The position numbers were made by a program, and so were the translations under genes. Positions 19,989 through 30,289 of a DNA stretch of 64,000 nucleotides are shown here, piece after piece; positions within the stretch are counted from its first letter, which is position 1; each line of letters opens with the position of its first letter. Below the pieces are notes generated by a model that was not told the origin of the DNA, did no database searches, and saw only the letters and a program-made list of their open reading frames with translations. Source of the DNA: an uncultured delta proteobacterium (GTDB taxonomy: Bacteria; Desulfobacterota; Desulfobacteria; Desulfobacterales; JAFDCJ01); assembly GCA_963769935.1 (NCBI GenBank), contig CAVYNY010000022.1:640001-704000 (forward strand). Direction: 5' to 3'.

Positions 19989-21476
19989 ATGCCCATCATC
20001 GGCTACAAAGACCTGGCAACACATTTAAATGAGCGGGGCAATGCTCCTTGGGCTTCCGTTTACCTGATTTTCGGGGAAGAAATGCTGGTCAAAAGCGCTT
20101 TCGACGCCTTGTTGGATGCCCTGGTTCCGGCTTCAGAGCGCAACCTCAATTATGAACCGCTGGACGGGACCCGCGAAAATATTCACGCGGTTATCGCCCA
20201 GGTCAATACGTATTCGCTGATGCCCGGGACCAAGGTTATTGCGCTGCGGGACTCCCGGATTTTTTATGCCGGACAGGACCGGGATCGCCTGCTCGAGAAT
20301 GCAAAAAAAGCCTACGACGATGATGATATCAAAAAGGCTGCCGGGCATATGCTGCATCTGATGGGGCTCTTAAATCTCACCTTTGAAGATATCGGCCAAA
20401 CCGGCCGGAATAAGAGCCTGGGGCAAAGCGATGCGCCGGCAGTGGATGACGCCTGGCTGGACGAGCTCATCGCCTACTGCCGGGAAAACAATCTTTCCGT
20501 TCCCGCTGCCGGTGATGATACTCAAATCCTGCAGCAGGCGGTTGAAAAAGGTTTTCCCGCAAATAATCACCTGATTATCACCACCGACATGGCGGATAAA
20601 CGCCGGGCCCTGTTTAAATCCTTGAGCAGCAAGGGGGTGGTCATTGACTGTTCGGTGCCCAAGGGTGACCGCCGGGCCGACCGGATAGCCCAGGAATCGG
20701 TTCTGGTTGAAACGATGAATGCAATGCTCGCCGAAGGCGGAAAGACCATGAACCGGGCCGCCTATATGGCCCTATATGAAATGACCGGCTTTGATCTGCG
20801 CACTTTTTCCAGCAATGTGGAAAAATTGATAAGCTTCGTTGGCGATCGACCGGAAATTACGATTGCGGATGTCGAAGCAGCGTTGCAGCGCACCAAGATC
20901 GATCCCATCTATGAATTGACCAATGCCCTGGCGGACCGTAAAGCGGAGGCGACCCTTTTACTGCTGGAATCGGTCCAGGCCTCCGGAATTCATCCGCTTC
21001 AGATTTTTACAGCACTGACCAACCAGGTCCGCAAGCTGCTGCTGGTCAAAGATTTTGTTGAAAGTCCATACGGCCGTGAATGGCAGGCCGCCTGCCCCTA
21101 TGATTACTTCCAAAAACGTGTGATGCCGGCAATTGCCGAATACGACCGCCGGCTGCTGAGCCGGCTTGAGGACTGGCAAGCCATGCTGGATAACGACAGC
21201 GCATCGCCCGCAGCCGGATCGGCGGCAAAAAAAACGAAAAAGAAAAAAGCCAAAATCGGCACCGATCTGCTCATTGCCAAAAATCCGAACAATCCGTACC
21301 CGATTTATCTGCTGCTGAAAAAGTCCTTGCGATTTTCAAAAGAAGAACTCATCAACGCATTTGAAACGCTGAACGCCGCCGATACGCAGCTGAAATCCGG
21401 CGGACAGAACCTCCGGCTTGTTTTGGAGAAAGTCATTTTAAGCATTTGCCGCAGGGAAGTTGAGGAAGTTCGTTGA
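19989..21476 (+). CDS. holA: DNA polymerase III delta subunit, long form
   Basis: VYLIFGEE, EKLISF, IYELTNAL, ADTQLKSGG...LVLEKVIL; 495 aa with apparent insertions. Confidence 0.8.
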   Translation: MPIIGYKDLATHLNERGNAPWASVYLIFGEEMLVKSAFDALLDALVPASERNLNYEPLDGTRENIHAVIAQVNTYSLMPGTKVIALRDSRIFYAGQDRDRLLENAKKAYDDDDIKKAAGHMLHLMGLLNLTFEDIGQTGRNKSLGQSDAPAVDDAWLDELIAYCRENNLSVPAAGDDTQILQQAVEKGFPANNHLIITTDMADKRRALFKSLSSKGVVIDCSVPKGDRRADRIAQESVLVETMNAMLAEGGKTMNRAAYMALYEMTGFDLRTFSSNVEKLISFVGDRPEITIADVEAALQRTKIDPIYELTNALADRKAEATLLLLESVQASGIHPLQIFTALTNQVRKLLLVKDFVESPYGREWQAACPYDYFQKRVMPAIAEYDRRLLSRLEDWQAMLDNDSASPAAGSAAKKTKKKKAKIGTDLLIAKNPNNPYPIYLLLKKSLRFSKEELINAFETLNAADTQLKSGGQNLRLVLEKVILSICRREVEEVR

Positions 21477-21845
21477 GTTTATTGAGTTCGTTGGGTTGAT
21501 TGAGTTGACTGAGATGACTGAGTGGATTTGGATGACTGGGTCGGTTCGAATGACAGCGGCTGCTTGTCGATTAGGATTCTGGAAGCAGGTATGAGGGCTG
21601 AGACTCGGGGCGTAAGGTATTTAATTCACGGTAAATGGAATAGGGGAGAAAAGTAAAAGGTAAGTGGTGGAAGGCAGGGGGCTCTGCGCGCCGGTTCATA
21701 GCTCGGAGCTGATAGCTCGGAGCTGATGGGTGATAGGTTAAAGGAAAGGTCAAAGGAAAAAGGATAGGGGAGAAAGGATTTTGCCTTTCTATTCCGAAAT
21801 CCGAAGTGGTCAGCCTCTGCCTTCTGTCCTCTGGCTTCTGATTGG
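21472..21845. repeat. 9-mer tandem array followed by heptamer runs
   Basis: Six degenerate R(T/C)TGAGTTN units at 21472-21525; ATAGCTCGGAGCTG twice; TTCCGAAATCCGAA; TCTGCCT-TCTGTCC-TCTGGCT. Confidence 0.7.
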
Positions 21846-21856
21846 AGAATTGCACT

Positions 21857-22069
21857 ATGGGATTTTTCAGACAGCAGGAAGAAAATCTGGCGATGCGATT
21901 TCTGACCTGGCAGTATCAAAAATTGAAGCTGCCGGTACCCCCTGATGCCGAACTGGCGCGTCAGGCCGGTAAAATTGTCAAGGAGGCCCACCAGATAGCC
22001 CGCCAGAGAGGCAGCAATGTCGTCGCCATTATGAAAGATCTGATCTCAGATCTGATGAAAAAATCTTGA
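21857..22069 (+). CDS. Hypothetical protein
   Basis: 70-aa ORF with GGAG upstream and host-like codon use. Confidence 0.65.
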   Translation: MGFFRQQEENLAMRFLTWQYQKLKLPVPPDAELARQAGKIVKEAHQIARQRGSNVVAIMKDLISDLMKKS

Positions 22070-22100
22070 AATCGCTTAAAACATGAAGGAGGACCGAAAA

Positions 22101-22364
22101 ATGACGGATGCCTGGGCGGAAAAATTGTCGTGTGCTATACAATGTGAGCGCTGCAGCCGGAAGATGGCGCCCACTGACCCGAGAATCCTCTCCGTGGTCG
22201 ATCATGAAGCCATTTGTATGGCCTGCAAAAAGGAGGAGGAAAAACGCGATGATTATGAGGAAATATCCAAACAGACGATCGGGCAGTGTCTGATAGATAC
22301 CGAAATGCAATGGGGTGATCCCGAGGGGTATTGTTATCATCACTTTTACCCCTACAAATGTTAG
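22101..22364 (+). CDS. Small Cys-rich, probably zinc-binding hypothetical protein
   Basis: AGGAGG RBS; CERC...CMAC, terminal YCYHHFYPYKC. Confidence 0.7.
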   Translation: MTDAWAEKLSCAIQCERCSRKMAPTDPRILSVVDHEAICMACKKEEEKRDDYEEISKQTIGQCLIDTEMQWGDPEGYCYHHFYPYKC

Positions 22365-23320
22365 AAGCTCCACATAACGGGGTTGTCGTCCAAATCATCT
22401 GTGACCAGCCGCCCGATTTCATCCAGGCGGGCCATGTCATCCGGCGATAGTGCCAGATCGGCTGCCCGGGAATTTGCAGCCGCCTGCACGCTGTTGCGTG
22501 CTCCGGCAATCGCACATGTGCCGGGGTGTGAAATTACCCACGCCAGGGCCAGCTGTCCCGTGCTGACGCCCAGCTTCTCCGCCATCGGTCGCAAGCGATC
22601 AAGGGCCTGATGGGCACGCTTAAAATTATCCGTCTGAAACAGTTTGTTCTTGGCGCGGTGATCTCCTTTTTCAAATTCATGATCCGGTCCGAATTTTCCG
22701 GTCAGCAGGCCTTGGGCCATGGGGGCATAGGCCAGGATGCTGATTTTGTTATCAATACAATAGGGCATGGCATCCTTTTCAACCTGGCGCCAGAAAAGTG
22801 AGTAGGGTGGCTGAAGACTGTCAATCGGTCCATAGTGAACAGCTTCTTCCAGCTGGGCACGTGAAAAATTGGAAACACCGATGACTCGAATTTTACCCTG
22901 CTCCCTGAGCTTATTCATAGCCGCCATGGTTTCTTCCACCGGAACCTTTTGGCCGCCGAAGGAACCCGCCGGCCAGTGGATCTGGTAAAGGTCGATCCAA
23001 TCGGTTTGCAGATTTTTCAGTGATCTATGACAGGCGTCCATGACCTGGTCAAACTTCAGGTGGTTGGCAAAGACTTTGGTGGCCAGCACGACCCGGTCCC
23101 GGACATCGGCCAGTGCCTGGCCGAGAATACGTTCCGAATGTCCTTTGCCATAGGCCTCAGCAGTATCGAAGGTAGTTATGCCGGCTTCAAAGGCGGTTCG
23201 AATGGCAGCGGTGGTCTGTTTGTCGTCGATCCCGGTCCACATTTCTTTGCCGGCTTGCCAGGTACCCATGATTACAGATGAGAGTTTCAGCTCCGATTTG
23301 CCCAGTACTTGAAATCGCAT
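22361..23320 (-). CDS. Aldo/keto reductase
   Basis: DTAEAYG, LATK, DLYQIHWP, IGVSNF, AYAPMAQGLLTGK. Confidence 0.95.
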   Translation of the reverse strand: MRFQVLGKSELKLSSVIMGTWQAGKEMWTGIDDKQTTAAIRTAFEAGITTFDTAEAYGKGHSERILGQALADVRDRVVLATKVFANHLKFDQVMDACHRSLKNLQTDWIDLYQIHWPAGSFGGQKVPVEETMAAMNKLREQGKIRVIGVSNFSRAQLEEAVHYGPIDSLQPPYSLFWRQVEKDAMPYCIDNKISILAYAPMAQGLLTGKFGPDHEFEKGDHRAKNKLFQTDNFKRAHQALDRLRPMAEKLGVSTGQLALAWVISHPGTCAIAGARNSVQAAANSRAADLALSPDDMARLDEIGRLVTDDLDDNPVMWSF

Positions 23321-23480
23321 GTATTCCCCTCCCTTGTTGAAAGCTTTTTAATTTTGATTGTTTTAATCTAATCACTGAGCGAAGCTTGACAAGCTCGATC
23401 AGTCGGCAGGGTGGCTTCAAGAATCAACGCTCGAATAGGCGCGGGACGATTTCTACCCGTTTGCCGGTGAAAAGACAGCG

Positions 23481-23509
23481 TTGACAGAATCATCCGTCGG
23501 GCATATAGA
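23481..23509 (+). promoter_or_regulatory. Putative sigma70 promoter of the acyl-CoA dehydrogenase gene
   Basis: TTGACA-N17-TATAGA. Confidence 0.6.
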
Positions 23510-23653
23510 AATATACGATGGCAATGAAAGGATTTTTCCGGGCGGCCGACAAACTTCGGAAACTGAAAAATTGATTTGGCAGGTAGTCATAAAAATTTCC
23601 TGTCACCAAATGCCCTTACTTTAGTCGCAAGGTGCTGAAAGAGGAGCAATTCC

Positions 23654-24820
23654 ATGAGCAATGAAGAGTATGTGGATTTTTACGGGATTGATTCATTGCT
23701 GACCGCAGAGGAAAAGAAAGTTCGCGATGCAGTGCGTGGGTTTGTCGACCGGGAATGTATGCCCGTCATCGCGGACTATTTCGACCGGGGCACGTTTCCC
23801 ATGCAGACGATTGCGCGCATGGCTGCCATGGAGCTGTTCGGATGCCACGTCGATGGTTACGCCTGCCGCAAGCGAAGCCACATGGAATATGGCCTGATAT
23901 GTCAGGAGCTGGGTCGCTGCGACAGCGGATTGCGCGCCATGTTTTCCGTGCAGAATTCGCTGGTGATGTTTCCCATTTTCAAATTCGGTTCTGAAGAGCA
24001 GCGCCGGGAATGGCTGCCGAAAATGGCCCGGGCGGAAGCCGTCGGGTGTTTCGGTCTTTCAGAACCCGATTACGGTTCCAACCCGGCTGGCATGATTACC
24101 ACCGCCCGCCGCCGGGGTGGGCAGTATATCCTCAGCGGCAAAAAGATGTGGATCACCAACGGAACGATTGCCGATGTGGCCGTTATCTGGGCTAAACTGG
24201 AGGGTGAGATCAGAGGGTTTATCGTGGAGACCGATCGACCCGGATTTCGCGCTGCGCCGATCCAGCGCAAATTTTCCTACCGGACGTCTCCCACAGCATT
24301 TATTGATTTAAAGGAATGTGAGATTCCGGCAGACAATATTCTGCCGGGAGCGCGCGGGCTTAAAGCCGTCTTTCAATGCTTGAATCATGCCCGCTACGGG
24401 GTAGCATGTGGTGCCCTCGGATCCTCGATTGCGTGCTACCAGGCCGCCCGAGATTTTGCCGTCAAACGGCAGGTCTTTGACCGGCCGGTGGCTTCTTACC
24501 AGCTGGTTCAGGATCAACTGGCCCGGATGCTGATTGAAATCACCAAGGCCCAGCTGATCAGTTTTCATCTGGGCCGCTTGCTCGATGACAACCAGGCCCG
24601 GCCGCCCCAGATTTCACTGGCCAAGTTGAACAATGTTCGCGAAGCGATTAAAATAGCGCATCTGGCCCGGGACATCACCGGGGCCCGGGGGATTCTGGCC
24701 GATCATCACATCATCCGCCACCTTTGCGATCTGGAGGCCATCAGCACCCTGGAGGGAACGGCCGGTATGCATACGCTGGTGCTGGGGCAGGAAATCACCG
24801 GGATATCGGCGTTTAGTTAG
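23654..24820 (+). CDS. Acyl-CoA dehydrogenase, glutaryl-CoA dehydrogenase-like
   Basis: DSGLRAMFSVQNSL, GCFGLSEPDYGSNP, KMWITNG, CLNHARYG, TLEGT. Confidence 0.9.
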   Translation: MSNEEYVDFYGIDSLLTAEEKKVRDAVRGFVDRECMPVIADYFDRGTFPMQTIARMAAMELFGCHVDGYACRKRSHMEYGLICQELGRCDSGLRAMFSVQNSLVMFPIFKFGSEEQRREWLPKMARAEAVGCFGLSEPDYGSNPAGMITTARRRGGQYILSGKKMWITNGTIADVAVIWAKLEGEIRGFIVETDRPGFRAAPIQRKFSYRTSPTAFIDLKECEIPADNILPGARGLKAVFQCLNHARYGVACGALGSSIACYQAARDFAVKRQVFDRPVASYQLVQDQLARMLIEITKAQLISFHLGRLLDDNQARPPQISLAKLNNVREAIKIAHLARDITGARGILADHHIIRHLCDLEAISTLEGTAGMHTLVLGQEITGISAFS

Positions 24821-25111
24821 GCATTTTTCTTGGTCCTGGCATCTGAAAAAATAAACGGCCAAATCGAAGAAAAACAAAGCCGGCGGACAAAATAGAGACG
24901 CCCCTGCACAGTTTCGACAAGCGCCGGCTGCATTTCCTGAAATTTGGTCTCACGGATCAGCGCCATATCGAACGGATGCCGCATAAATTGTTCCGCAATT
25001 GATGAAAATGAAGAGATAGGTTCAATGCGATCCGGTAATACTGCCAAGATGACATATTTTCACTAACTGCAGTCGTACAACCATCAATTTTTCAAATTGG
25101 ATCAAGATAAA

Positions 25112-26251
25112 ATGTATAACTTCGATACACCGGTGGAGCGGCGCGGAACCGCCAGCATGAAATGGGAAAAGTACAAAGCGCGCGATGTTATCCCCCTCTG
25201 GGTGGCCGATATGGACTTTCGGTCGCCGCCGGCCGTAATCCGTGCTCTGAAGAACCGGGTCGATTACGGGGTGTTCGGCTATACCATCGCACCGGATGAA
25301 TTAAGTCAGACCGTGGTGGCGTTGCTCGAAGCCAGATATGGCTGGAAAGTGCAGCCCGAATGGTTGGTTTGGCTGCCGGGACTGGTTACCGGACTCAATG
25401 TGGCCTGCCGCACCGTAGGGCAGGATGGGGATGATGTGATCACGGCGGTGCCGGTCTATCCCCCGTTTTTAAGCGCACCCGGCCATTTTCGCCGCAACTT
25501 GATCAAAGTCGCCTTAAAAGAGGATAACAACCGCTGGCAGTTTGACTTTGACCGGCTGGAACAATCGATCACGGCCAAAACCCGGCTTTTTATGCTCTGC
25601 AACCCTCACAACCCCATCGGGCGGGTCTATCAACGGGATGAACTCGCTGCGCTGGCTGCCATCTGCCGCAGGCACGACATGCTCATATGTTCGGATGAAA
25701 TTCACTGCGACCTGATTTTAGACCGGGAAAAGCGCCACATTCCAACCGCCACGCTGGATCCGGAAGTTGCGGCCCGAACCATTACCCTGATGGCCCCCAG
25801 TAAGACCTATAATATTCCCGGTTTAGGCTGCGCTTTTGCCGTGATTTCGGAGCAGAATCTGCGGCAAAAATTTAAAAAAGCCATGGCCGGCATCGTTCCC
25901 GGGGTCAATGCGCTGGGTTACACCGCCGCCCGGGCGGCCTTTGAAGATGGTGCCGACTGGCAGGCCGCGCTGCTTGATTATTTGCGGGGCAACCGCGACG
26001 CCGTTGAGCGCGCTGTCGGCCGTATGGACCGGCTGTCGATGGCTCCGGTGGAAGGAACCTATCTGGCATGGATCGACGTGCGTAAGGCAGGCTTGAACAA
26101 TCCGACAGCCTTTTTTGAAGCAGCCGGCGTGGGGCTGCAGGATGGGATTGAATTCGACGGACCCGGTTTTATGCGCCTTAATTTCGGATGCCCCAGAATC
26201 TTACTGGAAAAAGCGCTCCGACGGATGAGTGCGGCGTTGAAAGACCGGTAA
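25112..26251 (+). CDS. MalY/PatB family PLP-dependent C-S lyase
   Basis: LWVADMDF, LCNPHNPIG, SDEIH, APSKTYN, RLNFGC; start may be 25097. Confidence 0.92.
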   Translation: MYNFDTPVERRGTASMKWEKYKARDVIPLWVADMDFRSPPAVIRALKNRVDYGVFGYTIAPDELSQTVVALLEARYGWKVQPEWLVWLPGLVTGLNVACRTVGQDGDDVITAVPVYPPFLSAPGHFRRNLIKVALKEDNNRWQFDFDRLEQSITAKTRLFMLCNPHNPIGRVYQRDELAALAAICRRHDMLICSDEIHCDLILDREKRHIPTATLDPEVAARTITLMAPSKTYNIPGLGCAFAVISEQNLRQKFKKAMAGIVPGVNALGYTAARAAFEDGADWQAALLDYLRGNRDAVERAVGRMDRLSMAPVEGTYLAWIDVRKAGLNNPTAFFEAAGVGLQDGIEFDGPGFMRLNFGCPRILLEKALRRMSAALKDR

Positions 26252-26350
26252 AAAGGACAGAGGTCGGAAGACAGATGACAGATGACAGAGAACAGAAGAC
26301 CGACAAAAAAGCTCATAACTCATAGTTCATCGTATAGAGGACGGGAGACA

Positions 26351-26821
26351 ATGATTGAAATTGATATTCCGGGGTTTAAAATATTACGGCTGAACCATCT
26401 GGTCCTGGATTACAACGGCACCATTGCCTGCGACGGGAAATTGCTATCCGGAGTGAAAGAAGGTCTCAGCGCTCTGGCCGATGTGCTTACGATCCATGTT
26501 CTAACGGCCGACACCTTTGGTCGGGCCCGCAGCTTTCTTGAGGATATACCTTGTGAAGTTTCAGTGATTGCCGATGAATACCAGGAGATCAGCAAACTGA
26601 CCTATGTGAACGAAATCGGAGCCCAACACAGCGTGTGTATCGGCAATGGCCGCAATGACCGTCTCATGCTCAAAGAGGCGGCTCTGGGCATCGCCGTTAT
26701 TCTGGAGGAAGGTGCCGCGATTGAAACGTTGGTCGCCGCTGATGTGGTTTGCACCGGCATTGTCGCGGCGCTGGAACTGCTGCGCAAACCGCTGAGGTTA
26801 ACCGCGACCCTAAGGTCTTAA
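26351..26821 (+). CDS. HAD hydrolase, soluble P-type ATPase-like
   Basis: LDYNGT, LTADTFG, IGNGRND; GGAG RBS. Confidence 0.85.
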   Translation: MIEIDIPGFKILRLNHLVLDYNGTIACDGKLLSGVKEGLSALADVLTIHVLTADTFGRARSFLEDIPCEVSVIADEYQEISKLTYVNEIGAQHSVCIGNGRNDRLMLKEAALGIAVILEEGAAIETLVAADVVCTGIVAALELLRKPLRLTATLRS

Positions 26822-26851
26822 TTCAGGCCGGGATTTACCAAAATGAAACGA

Positions 26852-27163
26852 TCACGCATCGTCCGGATTGCAATATCGAACCCCCACCCCGAAATGGTGG
26901 GTGGAGTTCCCCTTCGTTAATGGCCGGCGCCATCGAATTTGGGCGTGATACACATCGGCGCCTGCATCATACGGCGAATCTTTTATTCCAATAAAAATTT
27001 CCGTACCGGGCAAAGGGGCATAGTCGGCCTCAAAATACATTCCACCCAGACTGTAGTTGTACATCCGGGCCGTGTAATGCGTGTCCGAGAAATAATTTTC
27101 AAATTGAATTTCAGCTTTGTGCTTGATGCGGGTGTCGTTTCGAAGGTCGGGAGTCGTTGCCAT
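26852..27163 (-). CDS. PilZ domain protein
   Basis: RxxxR (RNDTR) and NxSxxG (NYSLGG); terminal GVGVRY. Confidence 0.85.
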   Translation of the reverse strand: MATTPDLRNDTRIKHKAEIQFENYFSDTHYTARMYNYSLGGMYFEADYAPLPGTEIFIGIKDSPYDAGADVYHAQIRWRRPLTKGNSTHHFGVGVRYCNPDDA

Positions 27164-27385
27164 GGTTGCTCTGCCTTGAAAATGAAGAATGATGGCTTAC
27201 ATTAAAGACGGTTATTTGACAATTTGAGCGAAACGACGGTCGGATGAATGTACCCTATAGATCATTGAACTGCGAATGTCAAAATAAAATGATGCGGTCT
27301 TAAGTCAACGATTTTTTGGAGCGGGTGACGCTTTTATTCCAACATTGATTATCTGGTCCTCGGGTTCTCCGGCACCAAACTCCCA

Positions 27386-27868
27386 TCACTGCTTGTAACC
27401 GATTTGGCGCAGCAGGTTTTTGCGAGCCGTAATATCTTCTTCGGTTTCAATCCCTTTGGAAGCATACCCGTCGATGACGCCAAGAATGCCGCGTCCCAGA
27501 TCCGTCTCCGCTAAAATAACCTCTACGGGATTGGCCGTGGCGCAAAAGATACGACATACTTCCGGTACGTTTTTGATCGCATTCAAGACGTTAACCGGGT
27601 ACATGTCCTTCATGAATATGATAAAACTGTGACCGGCTGAAAGCGCGAAGGCATTTTTTTTGGCCAGCTCACGCATTTCGTCGTCGGTGCCGGTGTGCCG
27701 TACCAGGCAAACATCGGAGGCCTCACAAAAAGCCAGACCGAACTTGGCCATCGGGACCGTGGTGACCATGGCTTCATAGATGTCCTCGACGGTTTTGATA
27801 AAGTGCGACTGTCCTAAGATCATGTTCAAGCTGCCCGGATTTTCGATGAGGACCCTTTTAATTTCCAT
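27386..27868 (-). CDS. Adenosine-specific kinase / AMP-binding protein (DUF355)
   Basis: ILGQSHFIKTVED, FCEAS, IFCATANP, GVIDG. Confidence 0.88.
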   Translation of the reverse strand: MEIKRVLIENPGSLNMILGQSHFIKTVEDIYEAMVTTVPMAKFGLAFCEASDVCLVRHTGTDDEMRELAKKNAFALSAGHSFIIFMKDMYPVNVLNAIKNVPEVCRIFCATANPVEVILAETDLGRGILGVIDGYASKGIETEEDITARKNLLRQIGYKQ

Positions 27869-28196
27869 AGTTCGCTCCGTTTAATTAAAAAACGAAATTC
27901 AAAAAAAAAGCCTTGATTTGTTGTTTTTGGCCTGCTAAAGGGCAAATCTTATAATGCCTAATCTACCTGTACCCGATTACCAGCGGTTATGCAAAGATGG
28001 GCATTCGCATTAGCCTGAGCCGTACTATGCTGATTGTGCGAGTAAATGTAGCCTCCCACTGCTGCGGCTCAGGCTTCTTCTCGCCTGACATCGAAATCTC
28101 ATCCCCAATATTCCATTATTCCATTCGTTGTTTGACTGCCAACACAACCCCTCATAGGTGAAACACAAATTGTGCCTTCCGTGCCCGGGTTCCTGT

Positions 28197-29189
28197 CTAT
28201 CCTCCGATGGCGCGCATCTGGCCGCATACCCGGGACGGATTCCCGATTGCAAGGTTGTGGTCCGTGGGCTTGTGACGCACTGCTTGAAAGAAAATCTGCG
28301 CCAGATCATCGTCCGAACATCCTGCCCGCAGCGGTCCTTTAATATCCTCCTGATGGCCGGACAGCAGGCAGGGCCTGAGCTGGCCGCTGGCGGTCAACCT
28401 GAGACGATTGCAGCTGTCACAAAAGTGGTGGCTCAAAGCATGGATAAAACCGACCTCCCCCAGCGCGTCGTCAAAGCGATATCTCTGCGCCGGACCGTCG
28501 TTTATCGAATTGCGGATCGGAATGAGGTTGCCCAGTACGCTGATGCGCTTCTTTATTTCGGGCGCCAGCAGCAGGGGGGCGTTGCCCATCTGGGAGTCGC
28601 CGATAGGCATGTATTCGATGAAACGAATGTGAAAGGGATATTCAATAGACAGGTGCGCCAGGTCAACCAATTCATCGTCGTTGACACCATTTAGGGCGAC
28701 GACGTTTATCTTAATGGGGTGAAACGCCATTTCCCGCGCCTTTTCGATGCCCTGCCAGACCTGATTAAAAAGATCAAGACCGGTTATTTCTGCAAATTTT
28801 TGGCGTTTGAGCGTATCCAGGCTGATATTTATGCGCTTGATACCGCTGGATTTTATTTTTTCCAGGTTGTCTCTCAAGGTGACACCGTTGGTGGTAAGCG
28901 ATAAGTCTGCCAGCCCGCTGATCCGGCTCAATTCGCTTAAAAATTCGTATACGCCCTTTCTGACCAGAGGTTCCCCGCCGGTAACCCGCACTTTTGATAT
29001 CCCAAGTTGAATGCCGACCTTCACCAGGCGCAGGATTTCTTCATAGGTTAAAATTTCAGCATGTGAAAGCCTGGTGATATGATCCCGCGGCACGCAGTAA
29101 ATGCATTTCAGGTTGCACCGATCGGTAATGGATATGCGCAAGTAGTTCAGATGTCGATTGCAAGGGTCTATCAGTTTCAGTTCAGACAA
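28197..29189 (-). CDS. moaA: GTP 3',8-cyclase
   Basis: YLRISITDRCNLKCIYC, TGGEPL, FCDSCNRLR..LRPCL, C-terminal IGG; TTG start after GAGG. Confidence 0.96.
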   Translation of the reverse strand: MSELKLIDPCNRHLNYLRISITDRCNLKCIYCVPRDHITRLSHAEILTYEEILRLVKVGIQLGISKVRVTGGEPLVRKGVYEFLSELSRISGLADLSLTTNGVTLRDNLEKIKSSGIKRINISLDTLKRQKFAEITGLDLFNQVWQGIEKAREMAFHPIKINVVALNGVNDDELVDLAHLSIEYPFHIRFIEYMPIGDSQMGNAPLLLAPEIKKRISVLGNLIPIRNSINDGPAQRYRFDDALGEVGFIHALSHHFCDSCNRLRLTASGQLRPCLLSGHQEDIKGPLRAGCSDDDLAQIFFQAVRHKPTDHNLAIGNPSRVCGQMRAIGG

Positions 29190-29311
29190 TTTAAAAAACC
29201 TCGAAAAAGAAATTTGCTGAATTCGTAAAATTTCGAATTCATCATTTATAGATAACACAGCCTCCGAAAACATCAACTCCAAAATGACGATAGGTCAGCC
29301 CTCAGCCTACC

Positions 29312-30289
29312 CTAATTGGTAATATCAAACTTCTCGCGATACTCGGGAATCGTAATCATCGGCGGCCTTTCGAGACCTTTGATTTGTAATGTTTCCGGTT
29401 GGAACTCGTTGTCGACCAGGTTATACTGAATGATTTCGTCATAAAGCGCCCCCTTAAAATCAATCAGACCCAATCTTTTCTGACGGTTGATAAAAGTCTT
29501 TAGAATGGCAAAAGACATTCTGCCCAGGGCTTTTGTATCCTGATTGCGGTGGACGCGACGATCCAGATCCACCTGGGCCATGACGTTCAAGCCCCACTTT
29601 TGGTAAATATCGAGAATCATACTGGTTTCTATGCCGTACCCGATTGGGAAAGGGATTTTTTCAAATATTTCCCGGTAGCCGGCATATTCCCCTGATAAGG
29701 GTTGAATGAGCTGGGTGAGCTCCGGGAAAAACAGCGAAAACAGCGGTCTGATAACCAGCTCCGTAACACGGCCGCCGCCGGTGGGTCTGATTTTGTTTTT
29801 GCCGATGGCTATCGGCCGGTCATAGAACGCCTTGGTATATTTTATGTGGTCATAAACCAGGAGCGGGCCGATCAGGCCATAGGCAAATCGGTGGTGAATA
29901 TTCTTTATATCGGCATCAATATAGACGATGATGTCGCCTTTGGTGATGTAAAGCGCTTTCCACAGATTTTCGCCTTTGCCTTTGAATTGATCCAGGTGAG
30001 GCAGAATTTCATTGGCGATATACACTTCAGCGCCGAAAGAAGCGGCAATGTCCACCGTATTGTCGGTCGAACCCGAATCGATGACGATAAGTTCATCCAC
30101 CAGGGGGTAGCGGGTCATGAGTTCGGACCGCATGACAATGATTTCCTTGGCGATGGTTTTCTCCTCGTTCAGGGCCGGCAGGCACAGGGATATTTTAATA
30201 TTCTTCTTGTGCTTTTCTTCGACCAGGCGATGAATATCACCGAACTCGGAATAATGGAACGTATTGGTTTCGAGCCATTCGTTATTCAT
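29312..30289 (-). CDS. gpgS: Glucosyl-3-phosphoglycerate synthase
   Basis: LPALNEE, DSGSTD, GKGENLW, DAD, GGGRVTELVIRPL, QPLSGEYAG, GYGIE. Confidence 0.88.
   Translation of the reverse strand: MNNEWLETNTFHYSEFGDIHRLVEEKHKKNIKISLCLPALNEEKTIAKEIIVMRSELMTRYPLVDELIVIDSGSTDNTVDIAASFGAEVYIANEILPHLDQFKGKGENLWKALYITKGDIIVYIDADIKNIHHRFAYGLIGPLLVYDHIKYTKAFYDRPIAIGKNKIRPTGGGRVTELVIRPLFSLFFPELTQLIQPLSGEYAGYREIFEKIPFPIGYGIETSMILDIYQKWGLNVMAQVDLDRRVHRNQDTKALGRMSFAILKTFINRQKRLGLIDFKGALYDEIIQYNLVDNEFQPETLQIKGLERPPMITIPEYREKFDITN

Noticed and set aside
21472..21525. 9-mer tandem array as a CRISPR array
   Set aside because: The units are contiguous, 9 nt and degenerate, with no spacers and no cas genes in the window.
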